Notes: a model not told the origin generated them from the sequence alone. Positions 1 through 12,513 are shown, numbered from the whole stretch's first letter. The stretch is 62,945 nt of DNA, filler included, from Octopus bimaculoides (GCF_001194135.2; 7 parts of 7 records of this genome joined end to end with filler, not necessarily neighbours in it), one strand, 5' to 3'. Numbers and translations are program-made.

Positions 1-20
1 ATATATATATTTATATATAC

Positions 21-53
<33 letters not shown>

Positions 54-925
54 TATGTACGTATGTATGTACGTATGTATGTATGTGTGTGTGTATGTAT
101 GCATGAAAAATCTTTATATATAAAGAATATGCTAGTGCTAGTACACATACACACTCAGGCACACATATAAGCACACACATACATACACGCACACACTCAC
201 ACACGTATACACACACACACATAAATATGTATAGGGAGTGAACATATACGTATGTGCTCATATGTGCATATGCATATGTATTAGAAAAAAAACATTCTTT
301 CCTACTTGGCTGAAAAAAAAAACACAGATTTATTTATTGATATCATTCTTTAATGGATATTTTAGCAGAACAGATTGACAAAACAATAATTTTTAGCTCC
401 CATCTAATTATTTATCGATAATGATCATTGTTTAAGAACATAACAGGTTTTTATGGTCCTATTTTTATAAACTGCATTAATCACAATTCAAAAGTAAACA
501 GAAAATGTAATTCATTGTTTGCCTGTGTTTGATATTTAAAAAGAAAACAATGCTAAGTTGATGACATACCAGATTAGTTTCCTTTTGTATTAGCAACGTT
601 AACACTTTCACTCCGGCACATAATTTGTTTGCAAATAGAAAGTGGTTGATTAAGGTTGAAAGCCATCTAACAGACAAATCAAATTATGGTTTGTTTATTA
701 ATCAGGAAGATCACAACACCTTGTTAAATAACCCACTTTATTCGAGGTGACTGACAATAATGAATTTCTTTTATCGAAACAACAAAGGAATCTCTTTTAG
801 AAGACAGAAATTCGCTCGATAGGCCAGAGTTAGCAGTCAAAAATCCAGTAAATCCTACTGTCTGAAGAAAAAAATTGAAGTTTAATTTAGATATTGACTA
901 CGGTCGGTCAGGCTTCTGTGTTTAT

Positions 926-1075
926 TTTTCTCTCGAGACCTCAGCTGTTCTTGGACCCCGCGCTACCGATATCCTCCACACAATCGGGATAACAGCGGCC
1001 CGTCTGAGAAATGAGCCTCGTGAGGTGGAGTGGCTGCTGCAGCAAGTGTTGCTGGCCATTCTTCGTAGCAACGCG
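926..1075 (+). pseudogene. C-terminal REL-domain remnant of a CRE-like non-LTR retrotransposon
   Basis: Translation FSLETSAVLGPRATDILHTIGITAARLRNEPREVEWLLQQVLLAILRSNA resembles the FxxETxGxxG...E..xLxQRxSxAIxRGNA tail of CRE-type REL elements. A T-rich stretch follows at ~1150-1200. Confidence 0.6.
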
Positions 1076-1623
1076 ACTAAGCACACCATTTGCATTGGGG
1101 TGTGCGGCCCATTTCCCCTCCTCCTCCATCTTCTGCTGCTTAATCCTACCCCCTTTTTTTTCCATTTTTGTTTTTGTTTCTCTTTTCGGTTTCTGCTTAT
1201 TTTTATATTTAGATATTGTCTTCCTAGCTACACATGAAAATAAGAGTGGATAGTCACAATTGAAATGCCTTTAATATATAGTCCTGCTCGATTAGCTCAG
1301 AAGTAATGGAGGCTAATCTATAACAAAATATTCTTCATTGGGTCCTCATTTGTGATAAAACAAAAGGAAACAATCAGAGTTCGAAATTTGTGCCGATTGA
1401 GATTTGTCAGGTATTGAACTAGTAAGTCTATTATTTTACTAGGTTTTTTTTTAACTAGTTTGCTAGGGCCAAACTGAGATACGATCTTCAAGGTTAGAAA
1501 CAATTGCTTTGAATTCGGTGCTTATTAACTGGTTATCTAACTTGTTGATCTCAAGAGGATGAAGCGAAGTCGATTTCAACATAGAATGTAGACTCTAAAT
1601 TGTAGAGCGATATAACTAAATAA

Positions 1624-1813
1624 TCTTTTCTATTCTAGGCACAAGGCCCGAAATTTTGGCTAGGAGGGGCCAGTCGATTTTACCTAATTTATCGACCTCG
1701 AATGATGAAAGCAAAGTCGACCTCGGCGGAATTTGAACTCAGAACGTAAAGATAGACCAAATACCGCTAAGCATTTCGCCCGGCGTGCTAACGATTCTGC
1801 CAGCTCACCGCCC
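1624..1813 (-). mobile_element. tRNA-derived SINE, family A (internally deleted)
   Basis: The minus strand reads GGCGGTGAGCTGGCAGAATCGTTAGCACGCCGGGCGAAATGC...GAGTTCAAATTCCGCCGAGGTCGAC, with A-box- and B-box-like motifs. It is near-identical to the copy at 2126-2373. Confidence 0.85.
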
Positions 1814-2125
1814 TGACATAGCTAAATAATACAAGACATTTTAGATCTTATCATATCACTGATTCTTTCAAGCAGTTACCTATTAGTTACATTTTTCGTT
1901 AAACTGAGTTAATGAAATGACAAAATTTGTAGAAAAACGGACAAAATGATTCACGGTATTTTACGTCTCTCTACATTCACATACACTTGAATCAAATTTC
2001 TATTCTGTTCTTCCTGTGTTGATATAGAAAAGAACAGTCACGTATTGGGGTCAAACAAATAGACCATATTCCTCCACGAAAATGTTCACCCGTCTTCCTA
2101 TTTCAGACACCACTATTATAAAGAT

Positions 2126-2373
2126 ATTCTTTTCTACTCTAGACACAAGGCCCGAAATTTTCGGGAAGGAGACTAGTCGATTAGATCGACCCCAGTACGG
2201 AACTGATACTTAATTTATCGACCCCGAAAGGACCCTTGGTTAATATCTTTATAATAATTCAAGGATGAAAGGCAAAGTCGACCACGGCGGAATTTGAACT
2301 CAGAACGTAACGGCAAACTAAATACCGCAAAGCATTTCGCCCGGCGTGCTAACGCTTGAGCCAGCTCGCCGCC
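2126..2373 (-). mobile_element. tRNA-derived SINE, family A
   Basis: Same head and tail (CACAAGGCCCGAAATTT...GTCGATTAGATCGACCCCAG on +) as the 1624 and 15301 copies. Confidence 0.85.
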
Positions 2374-2574
2374 TTGAAGTATTATAAAGATATTAATCAA
2401 ACGGTATTTAAGGAAATCATTTATAAAATGACATCTTGTTTTCAATAAACGCATATTTAAGACTTCTGTTAAAACAAAGTAATCACAAAAATGACAAATA
2501 TAATTTGTATGGAAGGTTTTCCTTGTCAATTTCTCGTAGTCTACGTTAAACTATTTTTGATGATATGACAACAG

Positions 2575-2895
2575 ATGGAAAATCAGCCGTCATTGTATAT
2601 GTTTGACTCTCCCGTCGTTAGACGACGTATGAGCGTTCGACAATTTCTTACCGAACAACCACACAGATGATTTGTTTTATAGTGATCAAATGTTTGTGTA
2701 GACATAAGTTCACTCCCTCCATCAGATCGACATTATCTATACAGGTGCAACGGGGTGCCACATGTCAGATGTCAAAATGATCACAGAGCAACGTGAAATG
2801 AAGTACATTGCTCAAGAAGAGCACAACGCAACGCCCGGTCTGGGAATCGAAAACACGATCTCACAATCGTGAGTGCAACACCCTAACCACTAAAC
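2575..2895 (-). mobile_element. tRNA-derived SINE, family B
   Basis: tRNA-like head on the minus strand (GTGGTTAGGGTGTTGCACTCACGATTGTGAGATCGTG...TCGATTCCC). The body motif GATGATTTGTTTTATAGTGATCAAATG is shared with 40385-40675 and 58170-58448. Confidence 0.75.
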
Positions 2896-3078
2896 TTTGT
2901 GCCTTTACTATATGTAATTATTGTATATATATACATACATATATATATAGAGAGAGAGAGGGAGAGGGGGGACATACAGACAGACTGAGAGAGCTTGCGT
3001 ATATGCATCTTCAGGAAATTAATTCTATTTCCTCATGTTACATCTGCAGTCAGTAGTTTCATTATTAATCATTGATAA

Positions 3079-3079
<1 letters not shown>

Positions 3080-3153
<74 letters not shown>
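3080..3153. repeat. (GATA)n microsatellite
   Basis: Direct reading. Confidence 0.95.
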
Positions 3154-3154
<1 letters not shown>

Positions 3155-3815
3155 GTGTAGATCACTGTGAGTTTGTGCATGGTTATGCGTGACCTTGTAC
3201 GTGCTCGTGTGAGAGCGTGTGTATTGATGTGTTTCCTTCTGGCAGATTGAGCTGTCACCCTAATTAATAATCATACTACTTGAAACTCTATATGTCTCAT
3301 AGCATAAATGCTCACTTGGGGTCTTACTAAAAGATACAATTAGTTGAATATTAGCAGGCGTCAGCTAACCACTGTAACCATAATTTTCAGCTCATCTCAT
3401 TACTCATCTTCGGTGACCTTCATGTGTTTGACCGTCTTGGAAATTTCATACAATAAATGTAAGAGTTAATACTTTCGAAAATTCCCATTTTAACCTTATT
3501 TTTGTGAGATAAAAGACAGTACGAAATATATTATATTTTCGGGTTTTGTTTTATTTCATGATGCAAAGACCAAATAATCTTCTTGAAAATCTCCATAAAG
3601 CCCTAACAGAGGTATTCATTGTCTAAATAAAGGAAAAGGATGAATGTCCAGAATCTTTGTTGTGTTATCCCTCACAAAATGACAATTTACTGTTTTTTTC
3701 TGTTTAGTTTAAATACGAGAACGCACACGCACACACAAATATTATATGTGTGTGTATGTGTACATATATATGCATTCATATGCATACATATACAATATAT
3801 ATATAGATATGTATG

Positions 3816-3877
<62 letters not shown>

Positions 3878-3921
3878 NNNNNNNNNNNNNNNNNNNNNNN
3901 NNNNNNNNNNNNNNNNNNNNN

Positions 3922-3933
3922 TTAATTAATTAA
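3922..3933. other. Artificial scaffold linker TTAATTAATTAA centred in a 100-bp gap (44N+12+44N)
   Basis: Identical geometry at 7226-7237, 15192-15203, 35781-35792, 42430-42441 and 50166-50177. The 12-mer gives stop codons in all six frames. Confidence 0.95.
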
Positions 3934-4371
3934 NNNNNNNNNNNNNNNNNNNNNNNNNNNNNNNNNNNNNNNNNNNNTATGTACATGTGATTGTATGTGT
4001 GTATGTATATGTGATTGTATGTGTGTACGTATCTGTTTGCTGACAAAGAGTCATGATTCTCAACTCTCCAAGCCTTGGTAGATTTTGTAATCCCGAGTAA
4101 GCCCTGATCCAATCTGAGAGATTTATAATGAAAGATACTCCAGATCTTCCTCTCCTGTCTTTTAGTTCATCAAGGAATACATTATTTAATGTATCCTCTT
4201 TTCACAAAGATAGGAAAGTAAGATTTGAAGGTAATTTGGCCGTTATTTCTATCAAATCCAGTCACTACAGAGACATTTTGTTGGATTCTACAAGTTGACT
4301 GGTACCAGCACCCCTTCATCAAATACTAGTGAAATACCCCCACCCCCCTTCACTACCGTCTCATCACTAAT

Positions 4372-4545
4372 TGTTTCTAGCATAGGCACAAGACCTGAAA
4401 CCAGGATTAATTGAGAGCATTGACTCCAGTACTTGACTGGTACTTTATCTGTCAAACCCCAAAATAATGAAAGGCAAAGTTAGCCTCAGCAGTATTTGAA
4501 CTCAATGTAAAGCGCCTGAATAAATACTGCATAACCATTTGCTTG
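4372..4545 (-). mobile_element. Diverged SINE, family A
   Basis: CATAGGCACAAGACCTGAAA...ATGAAAGGCAAAGTTAGCCTCAGCAGTATTTGAACTC aligns by eye with the 1624 and 2126 copies. Confidence 0.7.
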
Positions 4546-4821
4546 ATGAAAAAACAAAAGAGATTTTTTTCCCACTGATATAATTCTTTTGTCTTTGCCT
4601 TGTGACAAGGCCACTACAGACAATGAAACAAATATTGATTTTATATTGACATTTTAGATGTTGTGTAGGAAGTGTCGTAGTACCACTGGAGCAAACCAGC
4701 ATCTGTAGCATGTGCTGCACTGATTACAGACCACTTTATAGCATCTCTTCTAATGTTTCTTGTGAGACTTTTTATTGTTGTATCTTTTGTTTTGTTGTTT
4801 TTTTCTTTTTACACTCATAAA

Positions 4822-4987
4822 ATGTCCACTCTATAAGGTGGTTGGTGTTAGGAAGGGCATTCAGCCATAAAAAACCCTACTAAAACAGTCAGTGAATCCT
4901 GGTGCAATCTTCAGCCTAGCCAGCTTCTGTCAAACCGTCCAACCCATGCTAGCACAGAAAGCAGACGTTAAATGATGATGATGATGA
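4822..4987 (+). mobile_element. 3' end of an RTE-type LINE/SINE with (GAT)n tail
   Basis: GGAAGGGCATTCAGCCATAAAAAACC...GTCAAACCGTCCAACCCATGC...GACGTTAAATGATGATGATG has the form of an RTE-type 3' UTR ending in a trinucleotide tail (recognised from memory). Confidence 0.6.
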
Positions 4988-6323
4988 TAACTCTAGTTCT
5001 GTACTAAAAATGCCTTCGTCTCTTGTGGCCAATAACAGAAATCATCATCATCAACATCAACATCTTTATTGTTGTTGTCATCATTCTTCTTATAGCAATG
5101 TATCGTTCAATAATTTTTCTAGTTTCAACCGAGGAGAAACTTTTACCAGTGTGACTAAATTTTTCATGTTTACCTTTTTTGATGATGATGATGATGGTCA
5201 TGATGATGATAAAGGTATTGGTAGTGATGAGGGTGGTGGTGGTGGTGGTAGTGATGGGGAGGGTGGTGGTGTGGTTACTTTGTATTTTGCTGTTGTTATT
5301 ATCTTCAAAAGCCAGATGTAAAGCAAAAGGTGATGTTCTTGTTGTTTGTGTCTTTGCAGGAGAACCACCCTCGGTGTCTGTGTCACGTGTGTGGATTCAC
5401 ATCAGAACATGCATATGTAATCAAGCGTCACATGATGAGGCACAGTGCTGATGGTTGCACTTGTGAGTTGTGTGGCAAAACATACAAGGTGAGTTGAACA
5501 GTGGTGTAGGGTAATGTTTGTAGTAGTAGTAGTAGTAGTTGTTTAGTTGGTTGAGAGAGTTGATTGTTAACACCTCTCACTTGTGAGTTGAGTGGTAAAT
5601 GTTACAAGGTGATTAGTGTAGATATACTGTATGTAGTTTTGGTGGAGCAGTTATTTTGTATATATTAGTTTTGTTGTTATTGTTGATGTTTATCCCAAGT
5701 CATTCCTGAGTGAGAAGGCCTGTAATCAAGAGGTATTCCAGCTGTGGCTATCCTGACTTTTATTCTATATCACTATTCTTTTACTTGTTTCAGTCATTTG
5801 ACTGTAGCTATTTTTGTATGGATTTTTTTCCCATTTAAAAAAAATTTGTGGGATGATATTTGAGGGATTTGCGGCTGCTATTTTTAGCTGATCAAGAGGA
5901 CCATGTAGTTGATCTTTTGCTGCATTGTGTGGTGACGATATATGTCTATAAGTGTGTTTTATACTGGTTGCAGTTGTCTAGTAGTGTTAGTGTGTTGTAT
6001 AGGAAATGTTAGTGTGAACATATTAGAATGCTGTATGTGATAACGTTGGTGGTTTTTGTATGAGGAATAGTAAAACATGGATGTATTGTGTAGTGTAGTT
6101 GTGTTACTGTACAACTAGCAGAGGTGCATGGTTTAGTGGTTAGGGTGTTGGACTCATGATTATGACTAAAGTGTCTTTAAAACAAAACAAGATCTCTTCC
6201 TGTCAAGGTTTCCAGATGAGCCTACCTCACATCAGAAAACACAGATGAGGGCAGTGGCATCAAACTCCCTCATTGACCAAATGCCAGATATCAGAGGAGG
6301 TCTCAAATAATGGTGTAGCAGTC

Positions 6324-6380
<57 letters not shown>

Positions 6381-6471
6381 TGTATGAGAAGACCCGGCAA
6401 GACAAGTGCAACCCTAACCCGTGGCCTTTACCAGGGGTGTAGCCAGCCCACTTATGCGTACCTTTCCTTCT

Positions 6472-6710
6472 TTGGACACAAAACCCTGCTTGCGAAGACC
6501 TGTTGAGGCAAGTAAAGGCGAAATCGAAATTGAACCAAATTCGATGACTGGCACTCATGCCAACCTTCCTTTATTGGACACTAAACTCAGCCTGCGAAGA
6601 CCTGTTGGGGCAAGTGAGATCGAAATTGAACAAAATTCGATGACTGGCACCTGTGCCAGTGGAGCGCTAATACCACCATCGAGCGGGATCACTGTCAGAG
6701 CAGCGGTTTC
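6472..6710. repeat. Unclassified repeat with an internal ~100-bp tandem duplication
   Basis: TTGGACAC...GCGAAGACCTGTTG.GGCAAG...ATCGAAATTGAAC.AAATTCGATGACTGGCAC occurs at 6472-6560 and again at ~6574-6657. Confidence 0.7.
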
Positions 6711-6715
6711 ACTTC

Positions 6716-7100
6716 TCAGATAGCTGGTCCCTCTACTGGGTCAACATTTGGCAGGCTCTCCTCCTCCCATTCATTCTCCACATTCAGCAGTCTTTCATAA
6801 TGACTTCTCCAGGCCCCTTTCTTTTCCAAATCATTAAAAGCAAGTGAACCATCATCCATGCAGACACATTTTTCTCCTGTGACATCACAATTTTCTTTCA
6901 CACAGTGTCTTGCAATCCGAAATACCTCAGTTCTTTGGTCCTCATGTCGCTGGACATCGGCAAATTTCTTCTTTTCTGCTTCGCCCTTGGCTATGTATAC
7001 CTGCCGCCCAGCCTCCCTTTTGGCTATCTGGTACAGTTCCCTGCTACACCCACCCTTCCAAGCTTTCCAGGCCTGTTTCTTTGCTCCAATGGCTTTGTCT
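6716..7100 (-). pseudogene. RTE-clade LINE ORF fragment (linker between APE and RT)
   Basis: ORF reads VDKAIGAKKQAWKAWK...KGAWRSHYERLLNVENEW, the RTE-type linker preceding the RT domain. Confidence 0.8.
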
Positions 7101-7125
7101 ACCGCATACACATACACACACACGC

Positions 7126-7181
<56 letters not shown>

Positions 7182-7282
7182 NNNNNNNNNNNNNNNNNNN
7201 NNNNNNNNNNNNNNNNNNNNNNNNNTTAATTAATTAANNNNNNNNNNNNNNNNNNNNNNNNNNNNNNNNNNNNNNNNNNNNT

Positions 7283-7687
7283 TGTAGTGACGCCTTAAAT
7301 AGCAGACGACTGTTATATGTTCAATGTCCGGAGTTTTATCCACGCATGCGCAGGAACTAGTTCCGGAAGGAATACAGGAAGAGTCTCATGTGCATGCGTG
7401 GAGTTCGATATCCAAGCTTCGCGCCCTTTTTCACGTACAAGCAGCCTCTCTCCAACCTTCCAACTCTGGAGACAGCTCTTTCCAACATTCCAACTCTGGA
7501 GCTAGACAAATAACCACTCAACATCATTGACGGCGTCTCAGAAACCAAAGGGCGAAGTGCTGCCTATTTCCTCTGTAAATAAATATTGTTGTGTTGATAG
7601 TTCAGAATCTGCGTTCCGTTGTTTCTTCAAGAAATTTAATGTACGGAAGCGGGTATACACCTAATGGTGTATAACTACTTTCCTACA
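7283..7687 (+). mobile_element. Probable solo (or 3') LTR
   Basis: Begins TGTAG and ends CTACA (5-bp inverted termini). About 405 bp, CpG-richer than its flanks, with AATAAA at ~7578 and an internal 2x ~27-bp tandem. No PBS follows. The left flank is a gap, so no TSD can be tested. Confidence 0.6.
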
Positions 7688-8654
7688 AACTCTTGAAATT
7701 GGTAGTTTTGTCAGTAAGGGACATAACTACATTCCTATCATATGCTCTTCTCTACTTTGGAAGAGAGCCATCTACAATGATAAAGTTTGTTACCTTTGAT
7801 CAAATTAGACAACACTGGATTTAAAGATGCTGTTAATCTTCATTACAGATTTGGATGAATGAAAAACTATCTTACAGTTAGAGGTCTAACTGTTGGAGTT
7901 ATAAGTAACTGGAGTTATTCATTCATGTTGGAATTCTAAATATCATCATCTTTTTAGTTTGGTTGTCTACAAATTTCTTGTGTGTATTCTGGACAGTTTT
8001 GTTCTGTATATTTCAGTAAAATTTCTGCAATTTCCATTGCTTGTCCTACTTAAATGTTTTCATCAATGTTCATTTCTTTATCCAGTCAGGTTTCTGTCCA
8101 TTCTCACTTACTCACTGTACCTGAATTGTGCCAGCACTTTAACCAATCTATGTCCTGTATACAATCAACTTTGCGTCGATGGCTGAATTTTCGAAGAGAG
8201 CATCCATTGCGTGTGAGTTTGTAAATCCTTGGTTTCACATTGATAAATATAATGAAAACATGACAATTAAGTATTTTGATGTTATCTAGAATATAATATT
8301 ATATAACGAGCTTGCATATACAAAATTTTCTTTTATAGTAATCCATTGGGTGTTTCCTGCTACTAAAAAATCATCCGCATGTTGCATATCTGAGGCAACT
8401 CCCATTCCTTGCTAAGTTATACTCACAACAGGAGTTGAATTTACTCCCACTGCAAACTAATGAGCAACTTGTTAATTTAAAGTTGTACTGCTGGTGCTGC
8501 TTGGGGAGTTTATTGTAAATAATGTGGCTGCAGGCAGTACCTCAGTGGAGTTGTTCTGCATACTAATTATGCATAGTAGGGTTTCACATAGTAATATACT
8601 AAGCTAAAAAAAACTTATTATTCATACAGTGACAAAAAAATTCCTTGCATTTCA

Positions 8655-8758
<104 letters not shown>

Positions 8759-8798
8759 TTAAATCTCTGAGCGAGAGATATACAGTAACAGTAGTGAA

Positions 8799-9184
8799 TA
8801 GTCAAGTTTATATGCCAACAGAATGTGGCAATCCTATAAAGGACAATGTTACTGTTGTTTTTGCCCCAGGCAAACATCTTTTCCAGCTGGCCATCAACAC
8901 AGTTTGTGTCTGTATAGCATTTGCAAGGGAGGTCATCACTCCTATCTCTAGCCTTACATGATATTTACAGGCCTAGGTTTCTGGATGGTTACCTGTCCTC
9001 AGTGTGAGAAAACCACTAGCTAGTGATGAAATCTCTCTTCACTCGCAAATACTGTATATTCTTTAAGTGACACACATCGACTGTGTGTTGATGGCTAGCT
9101 GGAAAAGATGTTTTCCTGGGGCTAAAACAACAGTAACATCATCCTTCATAGGACGGCCACATTCTGTTGGCATATAAACTTCAC

Positions 9185-9186
<2 letters not shown>
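8799..9186. repeat. Fold-back / MITE-like inverted repeat
   Basis: 8799-8910 is the reverse complement of 9069-9186, with about ten substitutions and a small indel. Degenerate pairing continues inward. Confidence 0.85.
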
Positions 9187-9223
<37 letters not shown>

Positions 9224-10081
9224 TACATACACACACACACACACACGTGCGTGCATACACATGGAAGAAGAGATAGAGAAAAAAGAAACCAAAGAGGATA
9301 ATTCAAATAACCTTAGTTAATTTTATTGGAGTTATCTTACTTTGCTTGTTTTTAGCTTTTGAACACACCTAGTGGGAGATTTTGTCTGTTGACAGCATGA
9401 ATATTCTTTTAATAAGTAATTTTTCAACTCATGTTATAGATGTGGAATTCTGCCAAAATGTTCATTTTTAGCTAGATAGATTGGGCCCAAAAATAAAGGT
9501 AGATATCTTTCAAACTGTTAAGTGCCCAGTTGTTTTGCCCATCCAACCTTTTATATAATAGATTTCTGTAAATATTTAAACTTATCCAGTTATCAAATTG
9601 ATTATTTCTGAACATTACGATGTTTAAAACTAGGAATGCCACTTCTTTGTTTTACTCGATTTTTTATATATCACATTTTGAGATTTATTAATTGCATCAA
9701 TAGCATTTTTTAATACTTAACTTTATAATATTTGATAAAATACATTTTATGTAGTAAATTTCTAAGGAGTGATATATTAAGTATATTCAAGTGTGCACAA
9801 TCTTATTGATGTAGAACTAGCTACTGTACTGTGATTATTGTAGTAGTTACAGTGAAGTATTTAGTCTTACACCTGCATGAGATGATTTTGCATTGATTTT
9901 TACTGAGAATGATTAACTGAAGACTCAAAAGCAAAGGAAAAAAAAGGGTGAGTGGGGTCTAATTTCTCCCGGGCAAAAAACATGAATGTTAAGCTTAGCC
10001 AAAACAAAATAATAGAGCAGTTTTAAAAGTAAATTTGTGTGACATACCATCTATTATACATTAATTTAATTTTTTTTTCAG

Positions 10082-10166
10082 TTTTGTCTAACAAATACTT
10101 ATATATGTATGAACTTGGCAATAGTAGGGTGCTATGTACCAGGCATTATCATATCATACATAATAG
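10082..10166 (+). other. Candidate 85-nt host-gene exon (product unknown)
   Basis: Acceptor ttaatttaatttttttttcag and donor AG|gtaagt lie in apparently non-repetitive sequence. Two frames are open: FCLTNTYICMNLAIVGCYVPGIIISYII and LSNKYLYMYELGNSRVLCTRHYHIIHN. Confidence 0.4.
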
Positions 10167-10234
10167 GTAAGTATAAATAATTGCATCTATATTTGCTTTT
10201 GTCAATGTAACACATACAATGAACAACATACAAG

Positions 10235-10284
<50 letters not shown>

Positions 10285-12408
10285 CACTCACACACAAATA
10301 CAAGTAAATGTATAAATGTAACCAAAGAGTGGTATTTTTATCTTTTGCTGCTTATGNNNNNNNNNNNNNNNNNNNNNNNNNNNNNNNNNNNNNNNNNNNN
10401 NNNNNNNNNNNNNNNNNNNNNNNNNNNNNNNNNNNNNNNNNNNNNNNNNNNNNNNNNNNNNNNNNNNNNNNNNNNNNNNNNNNNNNNNNNNNNNNNNNNN
10501 NNNNNNNNNNNNNNNNNNNNNNNNNNNNNNNNNNNNNNNNNNNNNNNNNNNNNNNNNNNNNNNNNNNNNNNNNNNNNNNNNNNNNNNNNNNNNNNNNNNN
10601 NNNNNNNNNNNNNNNNNNNNNNNNNNNNNNNNNNNNNNNNNNNNNNNNNNNNNNNNNNNNNNNNNNNNNNNNNNNNNNNNNNNNNNNNNNNNNNNNNNNN
10701 NNNNNNNNNNNNNNNNNNNNNNNNNNNNNNNNNNNNNNNNNNNNNNNNNNNNNNNNNNNNNNNNNNNNNNNNNNNNNNNNNNNNNNNNNNNNNNNNNNNN
10801 NNNNNNNNNNNNNNNNNNNNNNNNNNNNNNNNNNNNNNNNNNNNNNNNNNNNNNNNNNNNNNNNNNNNNNNNNNNNNNNNNNNNNNNNNNNNNNNNNNNN
10901 NNNNNNNNNNNNNNNNNNNNNNNNNNNNNNNNNNNNNNNNNNNNNNNNNNNNNNNTTACACTAGAAAACAAGATATCACAGCCTTTTACAGGTAGAGATA
11001 CCAAGTTAAAGTGATACATTTTGAGAAGATATGAATAACAACAATAAATGGAGCAAAACGCATATAAATAAAAGTTCCTTTAATTTCTACACATGTTTCA
11101 AAATATATGAGAGCTCTTCCACAAAGAAGTAAGAGCTGCTGGGATTCCTCATATATTCCTCTTCAGGGAATTCATAAATAAACATATAAGAGCAAGACAA
11201 ATACGAAATGATGAGGTAACTTACGAGCAAAGATGTTACATGGTCAGTGACCGTTAGAACGTTTGTTTACATAGAGATATAAAGGGATCAATGATATTAT
11301 TCCATGGGCTTTAGGAATAAGAACGCTTGTTTATATGGAGATATAAAGGGATGGGGTTGTAAAGTGATGCTAAAGGTTTAATTTAAGTGAATTATTGAAA
11401 TAGGGGGAGAAAGACAAATATGTTGTAGTACTGGAAAATTTGAAAGAGCGTGAGCTAATTGCTGAGTCAAAAATGGAGGAAGGGAGAGAACTAAGGGAGT
11501 ACATCAAAATAAAATATATACTATATAAGGGAAACTAATTACATATCGCTTCTCTCTCTCCTCCAAGTCTTCCACTACCCACATCTAACCCATCCACCCC
11601 TCACCACTTCAGTCTGTTGTTACCATTCCTCCTGATCGTCCTCTCTCTGAGGCGGAGCACTCTCTTCTCAGTTGGGGTTTGCGCTTCATCCCCCTCACTC
11701 CATCCAGTAACAAATTTCAGACCCGTGCTGATATTCATAGGTTTGTGTGCCATGTCAGGCTATATGCACTATTCCACAACACTCCACCTGCATCTAACGA
11801 AGAAGATGGCTTCACCAACCTGGGCCGCCAACCATCCCACTGGACGCCAGCTCCTGGTCAGTTCCAAGTAGTCGATCATTTTGCAGACTTCTGCCAACAT
11901 GTTGTGGACCAGTTTAACCTTCACAAGCGTCCCTGACATCTGAAAATCACCCCAGCTGAACTCTTGGCTCTTCGATGTCTCTGATCATAAAACCAGCCAA
12001 CAAGGGTGGAGCCTTGATTGTGGCACACAGACCTCTACAAGACTGAAGCTCTCTGCCAACTTNNNNNNNNNNNNNNNNNNNNNNNNNNNNNNNNNNNNNN
12101 NNNNNNNNNNNNNNNNNNNNNNNNNNNNNNNNNNNNNNNNNNNNNNNNNNNNNNNNNNNNNNNNNNNNNNNNNNNNNNNNNNNNNNNNNNNNNNNNNNNN
12201 NNNNNNNNNNNNNNNNNNNNNNNNNNNNNNNNNNNNNNNNNNNNNNNNNNNNNNNNNNNNNNNNNNNNNNNNNNNNNNNNNNNNNNNNNNNNNNNNNNNN
12301 NNNNNNNNNNNNNNNNNNNNNNNNNNNNNNNNNNNNNAATATCTTGACTGTGTCCTTGACCCCTAGTGGCTTCCCTCCCCTCACACATTCACAACACTAA
12401 CCATGCTC

Positions 12409-12513
12409 CAGTTCTATATCTAAGAGATGAGGAATTATGTACATTATTTACATTATTCAGGGCTTATAACTAACCCCAAGATTCCGAGTTCGATTCCAAG
12501 CAGTGACCTGAAC

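Noticed and set aside
3878-3977. TTAATTAATTAA recurring six times as a possible biological motif
   Set aside because: It is always centred in exactly 44N+12+44N, so it is an assembly spacer. Contiguity across these gaps is also uncertain.
5004-5451. Overlapping ORFs rich in D/G/M/V/H
   Set aside because: They are products of (GAT)n and (GGT)n low-complexity sequence with no domain signature.
8355-8381. HADDFLVAG as an RT YxDD motif (minus strand)
   Set aside because: No other RT motifs lie at the expected spacing, so it is likely chance.
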